Shown: positions 19,647-29,827, numbered from the stretch's first letter. The stretch is 64,000 nucleotides of DNA from an uncultured bacterium (GCA_964452465.1 CAYVMD010000003.1:509-64508), one strand, 5' to 3'. Notes: a model not told the origin generated them from the letters alone. Translations and numbers: made by a program.

Positions 19647-21043
19647 TAGCAGTCATAGCTGTATTCTTGGCCTTGGGGATATTTATTAGACCGATAGATT
19701 CCCATAGCCAGCCCGGGACTCCTATGGGATTGGAAACTTTAGAGCGGGGTTTCGTGGAGATAGCAAAAAAAGTGGAGCCCACCTTGGTGAACATCAGTGC
19801 AGAGAAGACGGAGCGGGTAAGGGTGCCTTCCCCCTTTGAGGAGTTTATGCAGGATCCCTTCTTCCGTAGGTTCTTCCGCGATTTTCCTTTCCCAGAGGAA
19901 CAAACCTTTCGAAGGAGCACCCTAGGTTCTGGCTTCATAGTAGATGCCCAGGGCTACATCTTGACCAATGCCCATGTGGTAGAGGGATTCGACGAGGTTA
20001 CCGTCACTACTTACCACGGTAAGGTTTATAAGGGAAAGGTAGTGGGGAGGGATGATAGAGATGATATTGCTTTGGTTAAGATAGAGCCTCGAGAACCGCT
20101 TCAGCCTGCTATCCTGGGAAATTCGGACCGCTTGGAGGTAGGGCAATTGGTCGCTGCTTTTGGCAATCCCTTTGGCGTGGGGCAGAGCATGAGCGTAGGA
20201 GTTATATCCGCTAAGGGAAGAAGACAGACTGTGGAGGAGAAATCCTATTTCAATCTCATCCAGACGGATGCTGCTCTCAATCCTGGCAACAGTGGGGGCC
20301 CCCTCGTCAACATCAGAGGGGAGGTCATCGGCATCAATGTGGCGATCGCTTCCCCTATACCTGCCAATGCAGGGGTTGGGTTCGCCATCCCCATAAATAT
20401 CGTTAAAAAGGTATTGCCTCAGTTAAAAGAAGGGAAAGTAGCGAGAGGTTACCTGGGTGTAGATATCGTCGATGTTTCCCCAGACATGAAGGAGGTTTAT
20501 GGAGCAGATAAAGGGGCTCTCGTGGTAAGGGTTCGCCCCGGCTCTCCAGCGGAGAAGGCGGACATAAGAGAAGGAGACATAATCATTCGCTTCAATGAAC
20601 GAGAAATCAATAACACTGCCGATCTCATCGAGAATGTTGCCTTTTCCCGGCCGGGAACCGTTGTCACTCTCACTTTGATAAGGGATAAAAAGCAAATCCA
20701 AAAGAGGTTAACTTTGGGCTCCTATGAAGAAGAACAAGCCACTGCTCTTTCAACACCCGCCCAAGAAAAAGAGATAGTGGTGGAAAATCTTACTCCCCAA
20801 TTGAAGCGAAGGTATAACCTCCCCACCGATGCAAGGGGAGTGGTCGTAACTTACCTTAAGAGTGATAGCGCCTTTTTCAAGGCCGGGATAAGAGAGGGAG
20901 ATGTTATTTTCCGCGTGGATAATACTCCTATCCAAACGGTGGAGGAATTCCAGGAGGCGATAAAGAAGGCGCAGGAACGGGGCGTCGGATTCGTCTGGTT
21001 GAGGAGGGGCAATACAACGATGGTATTGAGTGTCTATTTCTGA
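19622..21043 (+). CDS. HtrA/DegP-family serine protease with two PDZ domains
   Basis: N-terminal anchor; GSGFI, TNAHV, IQTDAALNPGNSGGPL; two PDZ-like repeats. Confidence 0.95.
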   Translation: MQRRLPLIIAVIAVFLALGIFIRPIDSHSQPGTPMGLETLERGFVEIAKKVEPTLVNISAEKTERVRVPSPFEEFMQDPFFRRFFRDFPFPEEQTFRRSTLGSGFIVDAQGYILTNAHVVEGFDEVTVTTYHGKVYKGKVVGRDDRDDIALVKIEPREPLQPAILGNSDRLEVGQLVAAFGNPFGVGQSMSVGVISAKGRRQTVEEKSYFNLIQTDAALNPGNSGGPLVNIRGEVIGINVAIASPIPANAGVGFAIPINIVKKVLPQLKEGKVARGYLGVDIVDVSPDMKEVYGADKGALVVRVRPGSPAEKADIREGDIIIRFNEREINNTADLIENVAFSRPGTVVTLTLIRDKKQIQKRLTLGSYEEEQATALSTPAQEKEIVVENLTPQLKRRYNLPTDARGVVVTYLKSDSAFFKAGIREGDVIFRVDNTPIQTVEEFQEAIKKAQERGVGFVWLRRGNTTMVLSVYF

Positions 21044-21046
21044 GAA

Positions 21047-21430
21047 ATGGAAAGGAAATACGGAGAGATCGCTATTGAGAAGGCGGAATTAGAGGTATGG
21101 GATAATCCCTTCCCCGACCGGGATTATCTCATCTCCATAACTTTCCCCGAATTTACCTGCCTATGCCCTCGTAGCGGATATCCCGATTTCGCCACCATCA
21201 AGATAAACTATATACCCGATAAATTCATAGTGGAATTGAAGTCCCTGAAGTTATGGCTCAACAAATTTCGCAATCGCTACATCTCTCATGAGGCTGCCGC
21301 TAACGAGATATACGACGCGCTTTTCAAATTGTTGAAGCCTCGCTCCCTGGAAGTGATAGCCGATTTTCACCCCCGAGGCAATGTCCACACCGTGATAACG
21401 ATCCGTTCCAAAAACGAGGATTCAAAGTAA
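21047..21430 (+). CDS. queF: NADPH-dependent preQ0 reductase (short type)
   Basis: [16 protein letters not shown] and ELKSLKL...SHE motifs. Confidence 0.95.
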   Translation: MERKYGEIAIEKAELEVWDNPFPDRDYLISITFPEFTCLCPRSGYPDFATIKINYIPDKFIVELKSLKLWLNKFRNRYISHEAAANEIYDALFKLLKPRSLEVIADFHPRGNVHTVITIRSKNEDSK

Positions 21431-23350
21431 AAGCCCTGCCAAACGAACCAGCGCACCAAGCAAAGTAGCAATGCCTAAGGAAAGCAAGGCGGAAAGAATG
21501 GTGTATCTGTAGCCCAATTCCTTCCGCATAATTGCTAAGAAGGAGATGCAAGGTATATAGAAGATCGCAAAGGTTGTGAAGGTGAGTATCTGAAGGGGGG
21601 AGAGGACATTCGATATGTGGGTGGTGCCCAGGGCTGTGGATAGAAGCATGAGAGTGAGCTCCTTACGTAGTATCCCAAAGAAGAGAGACATCCCCAAGCT
21701 TGGAGGTAATCCTAAGATGTGAACCGTGAGGGGGGAGAGAATAGAATTGATGGGGTTAGTGAGGCTGTAAAATCCCAAAATGCTCCAAACCATGCTCGCC
21801 ACGATTATCACCGGCCAGGCGAAAACGAGGAACTCATAGAGGCGAAAGTACACCTTCTTGAGGGCATAACGAAGAGGTGGCCACTTATAGGTGGGTATAT
21901 CCATCACAAACCCTTCTATGGGGGCAGGGAAGAATCCTCTCAGGAATTTGCCCAGGAGGGAGATTATAAATAAATTGAAGAAATACAAAAGAAAGGCCGC
22001 CAAGGGTCCCAAATAGGCGCCTACGAGGGCCATTATTACCACCGAACGGGCGGAGCAAGGAATATAGGATATCAAAAGTCCAGCGACGATCCTATCACTG
22101 GGGGATTCTAAGACCCGTGTAGCGACCAATGCGGGCACATTGCAACCATAGCCCATCACGAAGGGGATCGCGGATTTCCCATGCAAACCGATCTTGTGGA
22201 ACAATCCATCCAACAAAAACGCGACCCGAGGTAGATAGCCGGCGTCCTCTAATAGGGAGATGAAAAGGAGGAGGGGCACAAGATAAGGTAGCACAATTCC
22301 CATTCCTCCCGCTATTCCACCTATCAATCCGCTTAGTAAAGCATAGAAGAGATTGGTGTGTGCTAATGATTCCATCGATTTGCTCAAGGCATCAAAGGGC
22401 AAGAAGAGAAAAGCCCCTATGAGAGACCCTATCTTAAATACCAGGTAGAAGGTAAAGCCCAGGATAATTAGAAGTAAAAGATACCCCCCCACTGGGTGCA
22501 TGAGATAGCGGTCTAACCTCTCATCCAGCAACAGACGAGGAGGATGTACTATCCTCGCTACTTTTTCGAATATGTCAAGGGATAGGGCATGTCTTGCTGA
22601 AGAAATCAAAATGTTTGCTGGCACATTATGGCAAGCCTCCAACTCTTCAGCGATAGCCTTGACCGCTTCTAAGATTTTTCTTTCCTTCTTCCTAATAAAG
22701 TCTATATATTCCCCATCACCTTCCAATAAACGTAGCGAGAGAAAACGAGGTGGGACCCCCAATTCCTTTACCAAGTCTTCGGGCAAAAGGGATTTCACCC
22801 TTTCTATTGCCTCCTCTATGTCCTTAGTGAAATGAATGATATTACCCCTGCTTTTGTTTCTAATCGCTACCCTTAAAAGCTCCCTCAACCCTATCCCCCT
22901 CACCGCAATAGTTGGGACTACTGGCACCCCCAAGATCTCGGATAGCTTCTCAACATTGATTTCTATCCCTTTCCTGCGCGCCTCATCCACCATATTTAGG
23001 CACACGACCAGCGGTATCTCTAACTCTAATAATTGCAGGGTCAATTCCAGGGCTCGTGGCAAGGCAGAAGCATCTATTACATTTATCACCGCATCCAAAT
23101 CTTCCTTCAAAAGATACTCCCTCGCTATCTTTTCCGCTATATCGCCACCGGAGAGGGAATATATGCCGGGCAGATCAACGATCTCCAATCTTTCTCCGTC
23201 AAACCTCGTGGTGCTTACAATATAGGTTACCGTGGTGCCAGGAAAATTGCCCGAGAGCGTGTGAAAACCGGCGAGGTTATTGAAAAGGGTGCTTTTTCCG
23301 CTGTTTAATTGACCAACTAAGGCGATTCTCGATAATCCTTCACTCTTCAT
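21422..23350 (-). CDS. feoB: Ferrous iron transporter B
   Basis: G-domain [27 protein letters not shown]; membrane domain with GCNVPA, PCSAR. Confidence 0.95.
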   Translation of the reverse strand: MKSEGLSRIALVGQLNSGKSTLFNNLAGFHTLSGNFPGTTVTYIVSTTRFDGERLEIVDLPGIYSLSGGDIAEKIAREYLLKEDLDAVINVIDASALPRALELTLQLLELEIPLVVCLNMVDEARRKGIEINVEKLSEILGVPVVPTIAVRGIGLRELLRVAIRNKSRGNIIHFTKDIEEAIERVKSLLPEDLVKELGVPPRFLSLRLLEGDGEYIDFIRKKERKILEAVKAIAEELEACHNVPANILISSARHALSLDIFEKVARIVHPPRLLLDERLDRYLMHPVGGYLLLLIILGFTFYLVFKIGSLIGAFLFLPFDALSKSMESLAHTNLFYALLSGLIGGIAGGMGIVLPYLVPLLLFISLLEDAGYLPRVAFLLDGLFHKIGLHGKSAIPFVMGYGCNVPALVATRVLESPSDRIVAGLLISYIPCSARSVVIMALVGAYLGPLAAFLLYFFNLFIISLLGKFLRGFFPAPIEGFVMDIPTYKWPPLRYALKKVYFRLYEFLVFAWPVIIVASMVWSILGFYSLTNPINSILSPLTVHILGLPPSLGMSLFFGILRKELTLMLLSTALGTTHISNVLSPLQILTFTTFAIFYIPCISFLAIMRKELGYRYTILSALLSLGIATLLGALVRLAGLLL

Positions 23351-23600
23351 CCAATCGCTCTACGATTATCTTCCGAGTGATACCCCTTCCTAGGGCTATT
23401 TTCGTCCCGGATTTGAGATGTTCTATCACCAGAGGACCTCCTAAAGGGGCTTTTTGTAGAACCTTAATGGGGTCGTTTATATAAATCCCCAAGCGCGAGA
23501 GATTGAAAAGAATCCCCCACCCACCTTCGATCGCCTTAACCTCCAAAGGAACATCAAGGGGTGCTTCATCCAATCTCATCTGCTCCTTCATCTTTTCCAT
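23340..23600 (-). CDS. feoA: Ferrous iron transport protein A
   Basis: SH3-like FeoA pattern LSRLGIY...APLGGPLVI...IALGRG; directly upstream of feoB. Confidence 0.88.
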   Translation of the reverse strand: MEKMKEQMRLDEAPLDVPLEVKAIEGGWGILFNLSRLGIYINDPIKVLQKAPLGGPLVIEHLKSGTKIALGRGITRKIIVERLDEE

Positions 23601-23613
23601 CGTTGTGGTTAAA

Positions 23614-23641
23614 ATTATAGCGCATCCGCCAATAAAGGCAA
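23614..23641 (-). promoter_or_regulatory. Putative sigma70 promoter for feoAB
   Basis: Minus strand TTGCCT-N16-TATAAT, 13 nt upstream of the feoA ATG. Confidence 0.5.
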
Positions 23642-23642
23642 A

Positions 23643-24653
23643 ATGATAGGAGGCGATAAAGCCGTGCCCAAACTAAGGATAGGAATAGTAGGCATGGGAG
23701 TAATGGGATGGCAATATGCCGAGATCCTGAGCGCCTTGCCCCATTGCACCCTCGAATGGATATGTGATATAGATGAGGAAAGATTGAGGGAAGCCCAGCA
23801 GCGTTTCCATGTGCCCACTTATGCCGATTATAGGAGAGTGCTTGATTCACCGGTGGACGGAGTGATAATCGCCACCCCCGACAATTACCATCTCCAGCCT
23901 TGTGTAGATTTTGCTAAATCCCGAAAACACATTTTGGTGGAGAAGCCCTTGGCAACCACCTTGAAAGATGCGGAGGAAATCGTAAAGGTTTGCAAGGAGG
24001 AAGGGGTAAAGTTGATGGTGGGGCACATATTGAGGTTCGACCCGCGCTATGTCTTATTGAAGCAAAAAGTGGGCGAGGTAGGCGATTTAATCCATATCTA
24101 TACCCGGCGCAATAACCTTCTCTCCAATGCGAGGAGGATAAAGGGCAGGACTTCTCCTTTGTTCTTCCTCGCCATCCATGATGTGGATATCCTCTGTTGG
24201 CTCAAAGGTTCCCTGCCGGAGTGGGTCTTCGCTTCTGCCAATAGCAAACTGCTTAGGGGGTATGGCACTTACGATTCCGCCTTCCTCCTTATGCAATGGG
24301 AAGATGGAACGCTTGGATGTGTTGAGACCTCCTGGGTTTTACCCGATGACTTGCCCTCCGCTCTCGATGCTCAACTGGAGGTCGTAGGGGAGAGGGGAGC
24401 GATCTATCTCCAAATAGATAACCATTGTTTAAGGATGTATAGCCAAGGACAAGCGGTGTTCCCCGATACCGCTTATCATTTAATCGTGGAGGACATGCCC
24501 TTTGGCATATTGAGACAGGAGGTAGAGCATTTTCTCCTTTGTATCGAAAGGAACGAGGAGCCGGCTATAACGGGGGAGGATGGTTTGAGGGCGGTCAGAG
24601 TGGTAGAAGGGGCGGAAAGGGCGATAAAATCGGGAGAGAAGGTGAGGCTATGA
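23643..24653 (+). CDS. Gfo/Idh/MocA-family NAD(P)-dependent oxidoreductase
   Basis: IGIVGMGVMG Rossmann motif, HILVEKPLA, VGHILRF, LAIHDVD. Confidence 0.92.
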   Translation: MIGGDKAVPKLRIGIVGMGVMGWQYAEILSALPHCTLEWICDIDEERLREAQQRFHVPTYADYRRVLDSPVDGVIIATPDNYHLQPCVDFAKSRKHILVEKPLATTLKDAEEIVKVCKEEGVKLMVGHILRFDPRYVLLKQKVGEVGDLIHIYTRRNNLLSNARRIKGRTSPLFFLAIHDVDILCWLKGSLPEWVFASANSKLLRGYGTYDSAFLLMQWEDGTLGCVETSWVLPDDLPSALDAQLEVVGERGAIYLQIDNHCLRMYSQGQAVFPDTAYHLIVEDMPFGILRQEVEHFLLCIERNEEPAITGEDGLRAVRVVEGAERAIKSGEKVRL

Positions 24654-25621
24654 GACTTTTCTTGGGCATAGATGGTGGACAGACGAAGACCTTGGCATTG
24701 ATCGGGGATGAGGAGGGGAACATCCTCGGCAAAGGGAAAGGAGGTCCCGCAAATCATATAAGGGAGAAAGGAGGGAGGAAAAGGTTCAGGGAAGCCATTA
24801 TGAGGGCTATGGAGGAAGCCTTAAGAACTGCGGGATTAAAGGATGTTCGCTTCGCCTCTGCCTATCTTGGGATATCCGGTGCGAACGAGATCATGTATCA
24901 GATCGCCAAGCGCCTCATAAAAGCGGAACGAATCACTCTGGAGGGCGATGCCTTGCTTGCCCTATCCGCTTGCACCTTGGGCAGGGAAGGGGCGGTGATC
25001 ATTGCCGGAGGGGGATCGGTTGCTTTCGCCAAGGATAAGGAAGGAAGGTATGCCTCTGCGGGAGGATGGGGTTACTTTATGGGCGACGAGGGGAGCGCCT
25101 TTTGGCTTGCCCAAAGAGCGATAAACATTTGCACCAAAGCGGTGGATGGAAGGGGACCTCATACGCGTATCTTACCCCATCTGCTTGTCTATTTTAAAGT
25201 GGAAAGCCTACAGGATGTTCATCGTTTGGTCTATTCAGGGCACCTTACTCGTTCCCAGATAGCGGGCTCCGCTCAAGCGGTGCTTGAGGCAGCGCGAGAA
25301 GGGGATGAGGTAGCTCTTTCCTTGTACGAGGAGGCGGGTAGGGAATTAGCCCTCTCCGCCATCTCCGCGATAAAGAAGCTCTCCATGGAGAAGGAGGAAG
25401 TTATCGTTGGGCTTGTGGGAGGAGTCTTCTCCGCTGGCGATCTCATCGTCGAGCCCCTCAAGCGAAAACTTTTGGAGGAGATCCCCAAAGCCAAGGTGAC
25501 CTTCCCCATTTTGCCTCCCGAGGCTACTGCCCTTCTTTTGGCTATGCAAAAGGGAGGCGTTACCATCAACGATGACTTGGTTGGGCGCCTAAAAGAATCT
25601 TTGAAGAAATGGAGTGAATGA
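24650..25621 (+). CDS. BadF/BadG/BcrA/BcrD-family sugar kinase (N-acetylhexosamine kinase-like)
   Basis: ATG 24650 overlapping the upstream stop; GIDGGQTKT, AGGGS, GGWGYFMGDEGSAFW, GGVF. Confidence 0.88.
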   Translation: MRLFLGIDGGQTKTLALIGDEEGNILGKGKGGPANHIREKGGRKRFREAIMRAMEEALRTAGLKDVRFASAYLGISGANEIMYQIAKRLIKAERITLEGDALLALSACTLGREGAVIIAGGGSVAFAKDKEGRYASAGGWGYFMGDEGSAFWLAQRAINICTKAVDGRGPHTRILPHLLVYFKVESLQDVHRLVYSGHLTRSQIAGSAQAVLEAAREGDEVALSLYEEAGRELALSAISAIKKLSMEKEEVIVGLVGGVFSAGDLIVEPLKRKLLEEIPKAKVTFPILPPEATALLLAMQKGGVTINDDLVGRLKESLKKWSE

Positions 25622-26307
25622 GCATGGATCCGATAAATAGGTTGTATAAAGGGTTAATAGTATCCTGCCAAGCAGGAGCAGATAGTCCCCTTCACGGTCC
25701 CATGTTTATGAGTGCTATGGCTAAGTGCGCGGAGATGGGAGGAGCGGTGGGAATAAGGGCAAATGGACCGGAGGATGTAAGAGCGATAAGGGAAAGGGTG
25801 AGCCTGGTGATCATTGGCATATATAAGATAGTTTTGCCCGGGTACCCCGTTTACATAACTCCCACATTCGAATCCGCGCGGGAGATCGCTCGGGCGGGGG
25901 CAGATATAATAGCCTGTGATGCTACCCGAAGAGATCGTCCCATTCCTTTCGTGGATTTAGCGAAGATGATACACGAGGAATTGGGGCTCAAGGTAATGGC
26001 GGACATATCTACCTACGAGGAAGGGATGCAAGCAGGGGAGGAGGGTGCGGATATTATCGCCACCACTCTCTCAGGGTATACGCCCTATTCTCCCAAATTG
26101 AAGGGTCCTGATATAAGACTTATAGAGAAGCTTACGAAGACCCTTTCCCTCCCTGTAATTGGGGAAGGAAGGTTTAGATTTCCTTGGCAGGTGAGACGAG
26201 CATTAAATAGCGGTGCCCACGCTGTTGTTGTGGGCACCGCTATTACCAATCCTATAACGATAACCCAATGGTTCGCTCAGGCGACCAAAGGGATCGATAC
26301 CTTATGA
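25618..26307 (+). CDS. nanE: N-acetylmannosamine-6-phosphate 2-epimerase
   Basis: LIVSCQA, GIRANG, IGIYK, ITPT, MADIST, TTLSGYT, VVVGTAIT. Confidence 0.93.
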   Translation: MSMDPINRLYKGLIVSCQAGADSPLHGPMFMSAMAKCAEMGGAVGIRANGPEDVRAIRERVSLVIIGIYKIVLPGYPVYITPTFESAREIARAGADIIACDATRRDRPIPFVDLAKMIHEELGLKVMADISTYEEGMQAGEEGADIIATTLSGYTPYSPKLKGPDIRLIEKLTKTLSLPVIGEGRFRFPWQVRRALNSGAHAVVVGTAITNPITITQWFAQATKGIDTL

Positions 26308-27690
26308 AGAGGCTTCTTGGGATACTTTCTGCTTCTTCTCCGCTAAGCGCCTCTTGTACTCTTCCATCACCGGTCGTGTTACCCTCTCCATCTCCTCGGA
26401 ATAACGATCCAGGAAATCCCTCAGCTCCGTGAATAGGCTGTCTGCCCCAGGATGGGTAGGGTGAGCTTCCCCTTCCTCCGTTGCCTCCCTAAGCACCCAG
26501 GGGTTATCTATTATCATGCACGGCTTGAAGTGGTTATCCGTCCAGGGGAAGCGTTTTCTTATTGCTTTGAAGAAGGGAGAATTGAGACATTCGAATAGCG
26601 ACTTTTCCTTGACATTGTCCACGGCGAAATGAGAAAAGACACAAGGTTCTACCTCGCCTTTATTATTGATATGAGCATAAAGTCTTCCCCCTGCCATGCA
26701 ACCGGATGTCAAGTGTCCATCGTTCCAAAAGTCGGCAACGAATATCGGCTTCGTATCCCTGAACTTCCATACCCTATCCCTCACATAGGACCTTTCCTCG
26801 GGAGTGAGCATTATGGAAATATCGGGAGCCTTCCCTACCGGGACATAAAGGAAATACCATCCGAAGAAGCAACCCTTGCTTATCATAAGGTCAATGAATT
26901 CGTCGCTCGTTATGGTTTTATAATTCAATTTCGTCGAGGTAGCGGAGAATCCGAAGAAGACCCCCTCTTCCCTTAGATTGTCCATAGCTTCCATAACCTT
27001 CTTATAGGTTCCCTTCCCTCGTCTTTGGTCGGTTTCCTCTTCAAATCCCTCTATGCTTATCGCAGGTGCAACATTGCCTAATTTGCCCAACTGCTTCGCT
27101 AACTCTTTGTTTATCATCGTTCCATTAGTGTAAACGAGGAACGATGCATCATCGTGTTTCTTGAACATGTCTAGCAATCCATCGTAGATAAAAGGCTCTC
27201 CGCCGGAGATCGTGAAGAAATATGTCCCCATCTCCTTCGCCTCGGAGATCACCCTGTCGAAGACCTCAAAGGGCAAATCGTCCTCCTTGCGATAAGAACC
27301 TGCGTAACAACCAAAGCAGGAGAGGTTACAGCGCATGGTAGGGCTTATGACCAAGAGGAAAGGTGCAGCTAATCCCTGGCTTTCCAATTCTTTCCTCTTG
27401 TTGATGGTGAAGAATACCGCGTTCAATCCCAAATTGTTGAACAATTTTTGTCTCACCGTGGGGTTTGTATCCCTCAATATCCGCCGTGCGTACTCTATCG
27501 CGGGATGCTTTCTCTCGAAGAGCGCCCGTAAGTCCCTCATGTATTGCTTATGTTGTTCCAGGCGGGCTATTCTTTCCAACACATGGGTGAGACGGATGAG
27601 GTTCTCGTCCGAAGCACGTGCGAGTAGAGGGAGGATGAGTTTCATCGCCTGATTAGCTGCTATCCTTAAGGCTGTCTCCTTCAGGGGCAT
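26302..27690 (-). CDS. Radical SAM protein with ~110-aa N-terminal extension and SPASM/Twitch-like C-terminus
   Basis: CNLSCFGC, SGGEP, YTNGT, GCMAGG...EPCVF, PCMIID. Confidence 0.92.
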   Translation of the reverse strand: MPLKETALRIAANQAMKLILPLLARASDENLIRLTHVLERIARLEQHKQYMRDLRALFERKHPAIEYARRILRDTNPTVRQKLFNNLGLNAVFFTINKRKELESQGLAAPFLLVISPTMRCNLSCFGCYAGSYRKEDDLPFEVFDRVISEAKEMGTYFFTISGGEPFIYDGLLDMFKKHDDASFLVYTNGTMINKELAKQLGKLGNVAPAISIEGFEEETDQRRGKGTYKKVMEAMDNLREEGVFFGFSATSTKLNYKTITSDEFIDLMISKGCFFGWYFLYVPVGKAPDISIMLTPEERSYVRDRVWKFRDTKPIFVADFWNDGHLTSGCMAGGRLYAHINNKGEVEPCVFSHFAVDNVKEKSLFECLNSPFFKAIRKRFPWTDNHFKPCMIIDNPWVLREATEEGEAHPTHPGADSLFTELRDFLDRYSEEMERVTRPVMEEYKRRLAEKKQKVSQEASS

Positions 27691-27693
27691 ATC

Positions 27694-29175
27694 CTAATTA
27701 CCTCCTTTCGGTGTAGTGGATGTGGTAGATACTATGCCCTCTGCCCATGCCTTATTGTAATACTCCTCATTCCTAATGCAACCTGGGTCGGGAGCGGTTG
27801 GGTCGCCGAAGTAGGCTAAAGCCCTTGCCCGGCACCCTCCGCATACCGCATTGTATTCGCAGTCCCGGCAACCTCCCCAATATTTCTTCCTATCCCTCAA
27901 TCCAAGAAGGAAGGGATGATTTCTCCATACATCAACTATTCTGTTCTCTTTAACGTGCCCTAAATGCACCTCGGGCATATATACACAAGGAGTTATCGTG
28001 CCATCCGGCTGAATCGCCATATAAGCCCTTGCTACTCCGCATCCTCCTATTAGTTCAGCAAGGGCGTAGAGGTTCTTCGCCTTGCCCGTTCCAAGGTGGG
28101 CAATGGGAACGAATTCCTCCTTCCCTCCCGCAGCGCAAACCCTTCCCAATTGGGGGGCGGTAGTGCAGAGGGAGCCACCTTTTAAGAGATATTCGTACAT
28201 TTTATTGAGGACCGTTTCCCTCTCCCGGGGGGAGAGATCGCCTTCCCATATCTCCGTTCCTCTTCCGGTAGGTATGAAATTGTAGACCATGACCTTATAA
28301 ACCCCTAACTCCTCGCCCAACTTGAAGATATCCTCTATTTCTTCATGATTATATTTCGTCACAGTAACAGAGAGGATGGCGGTGCCTCCCGCTTCTACGA
28401 CATTCCTTATCCCCTGAACTGCCCTCTCCCATGCTCCTTTAACTCCCCGGAATTCGTCGTGCTTCTCCGGGATACTGCTATCCACGCTAACTGCTATGTA
28501 GGCAAAGTTATAATCCTTAAGCCTCTTTGCTACCTCGGGCGTTATGAGGGTGCCATTGGTATTCATAGATAGGTAAAGACCACGTTCTGTTGCTCGCTCT
28601 ACTACCTCCCAAAAATCCCTACACAGCAAGGGTTCTCCGCCGGAGAAGGAAAGCGTGGGGATATAGGAATCTGCTATCTCGTCTACGACTCTCATCTTTT
28701 CCTCCCGGGATAGTTCCCCTTTAGTTAACTCTTTGGGACGAAGCACGCCAGCGTTCTCGTAACAATGCTTGCAGCGAAGGTTGCATGTATAGGTAAGGTT
28801 CCAAACTATCATCAGGGGAGAATAGAATACCATAGGTTTTCCCAAACCATGTTCCTTTATGCTGTAAGCAGCATTGATGATTGTCCTTTGGATATTAGGA
28901 TGAGCCAAATATTGGGCGAGGGTGGTTTGGGGCACACCAATTGCCTTTGCGACGGTCGTTATCAACTTGTAGATGGGGCGATGAAGGAACTTCGCTGGTT
29001 TTTCCCCCTTCGCTATCCTATCCATTATCTCTTCCAACTCGGTCTTTCCATCCTCTCCGGATTGGAGCAGATTATTGAGGAGGGATTTAGTGAGGGGATT
29101 CTCGAAGAGGAGCCTCAACTTCAAAAGCTCGCTATGTGTTTTTATCTTCCTCTTCGTCATAACCAAAAGCCCCAT
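27694..29175 (-). CDS. Radical SAM/SPASM-domain protein with N-terminal extension
   Basis: CNLRCKHC, SFSGGEPL, NTNGTL, GCG...TPCVY, CRDCEYNAVCGGCRARA; AGGAGG RBS. Confidence 0.93.
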   Translation of the reverse strand: MGLLVMTKRKIKTHSELLKLRLLFENPLTKSLLNNLLQSGEDGKTELEEIMDRIAKGEKPAKFLHRPIYKLITTVAKAIGVPQTTLAQYLAHPNIQRTIINAAYSIKEHGLGKPMVFYSPLMIVWNLTYTCNLRCKHCYENAGVLRPKELTKGELSREEKMRVVDEIADSYIPTLSFSGGEPLLCRDFWEVVERATERGLYLSMNTNGTLITPEVAKRLKDYNFAYIAVSVDSSIPEKHDEFRGVKGAWERAVQGIRNVVEAGGTAILSVTVTKYNHEEIEDIFKLGEELGVYKVMVYNFIPTGRGTEIWEGDLSPRERETVLNKMYEYLLKGGSLCTTAPQLGRVCAAGGKEEFVPIAHLGTGKAKNLYALAELIGGCGVARAYMAIQPDGTITPCVYMPEVHLGHVKENRIVDVWRNHPFLLGLRDRKKYWGGCRDCEYNAVCGGCRARALAYFGDPTAPDPGCIRNEEYYNKAWAEGIVSTTSTTPKGGN

Positions 29176-29191
29176 GTGGATGACCTCCTTT

Positions 29192-29827
29192 CTAACCTTC
29201 TAAAACTTTGCCCTGCTCCCTCAGCAGGGAGGCGAGCAGGTCCTTTTGGGTCCCGGAAAGGTGGGAAAGAGCCCTCTGGCATCTTTTAATTATCCTACTG
29301 AACCTCCCTCCTTCATCGCTCGCCATGATCGCCCCACTTATAAGGGATAGATTATCGCTGTTATTTAGGGCTTTCCGTATCCGGGAGTAGAGGCTGGGAT
29401 AGCGGGAGCGCAATTCCAAAAGAAGCATAGTTAAACTGCGGGCACTTTCTATCAAGGGAGAGGCAGCGGTTGCTATTTCCTTTCTCAGCGTCTGCACTGT
29501 CCTCTTGATATCCTTTGCTGCCATCTCAAAGTAGCGCCCAATCTCTTCTTTCAATTTCTCCCAAGTTGCCTCCGGTGAATCCCTTAAGTACTCCTCACCT
29601 TGAGGAGAAAGAATGAAGCGAAGGGAAGGACGTCCACCCAATTTCCCATCTCTCTTGAACAACATAGAGGTAACCAGTCCTTCCTTTTCCAATTGAACGA
29701 GCAACTCATAGGCTGACCACTTGCTTATCCCTAATTCTTCAGCGACATCCTCGTAGCCTACCGGTCCCTTAAGCGAGTTTAAATTCTTTAAGACTTTTAA
29801 CGCTTCTCTCCTCCTTCTGGTTGGCAT
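29192..29827 (-). CDS. Winged-helix DNA-binding protein, probable transcriptional regulator
   Basis: Start reassigned to ATG 29827 (GGGAGG RBS); YEDVAEELGISKWSAYELLVQLEKEGLV HTH and GGRP wing. Confidence 0.8.
   Translation of the reverse strand: MPTRRRREALKVLKNLNSLKGPVGYEDVAEELGISKWSAYELLVQLEKEGLVTSMLFKRDGKLGGRPSLRFILSPQGEEYLRDSPEATWEKLKEEIGRYFEMAAKDIKRTVQTLRKEIATAASPLIESARSLTMLLLELRSRYPSLYSRIRKALNNSDNLSLISGAIMASDEGGRFSRIIKRCQRALSHLSGTQKDLLASLLREQGKVLEG

Noticed and set aside
21000-21047. preQ1 riboswitch upstream of queF
   Set aside because: queF starts 3 nt after the htrA stop and no preQ1 motif is visible
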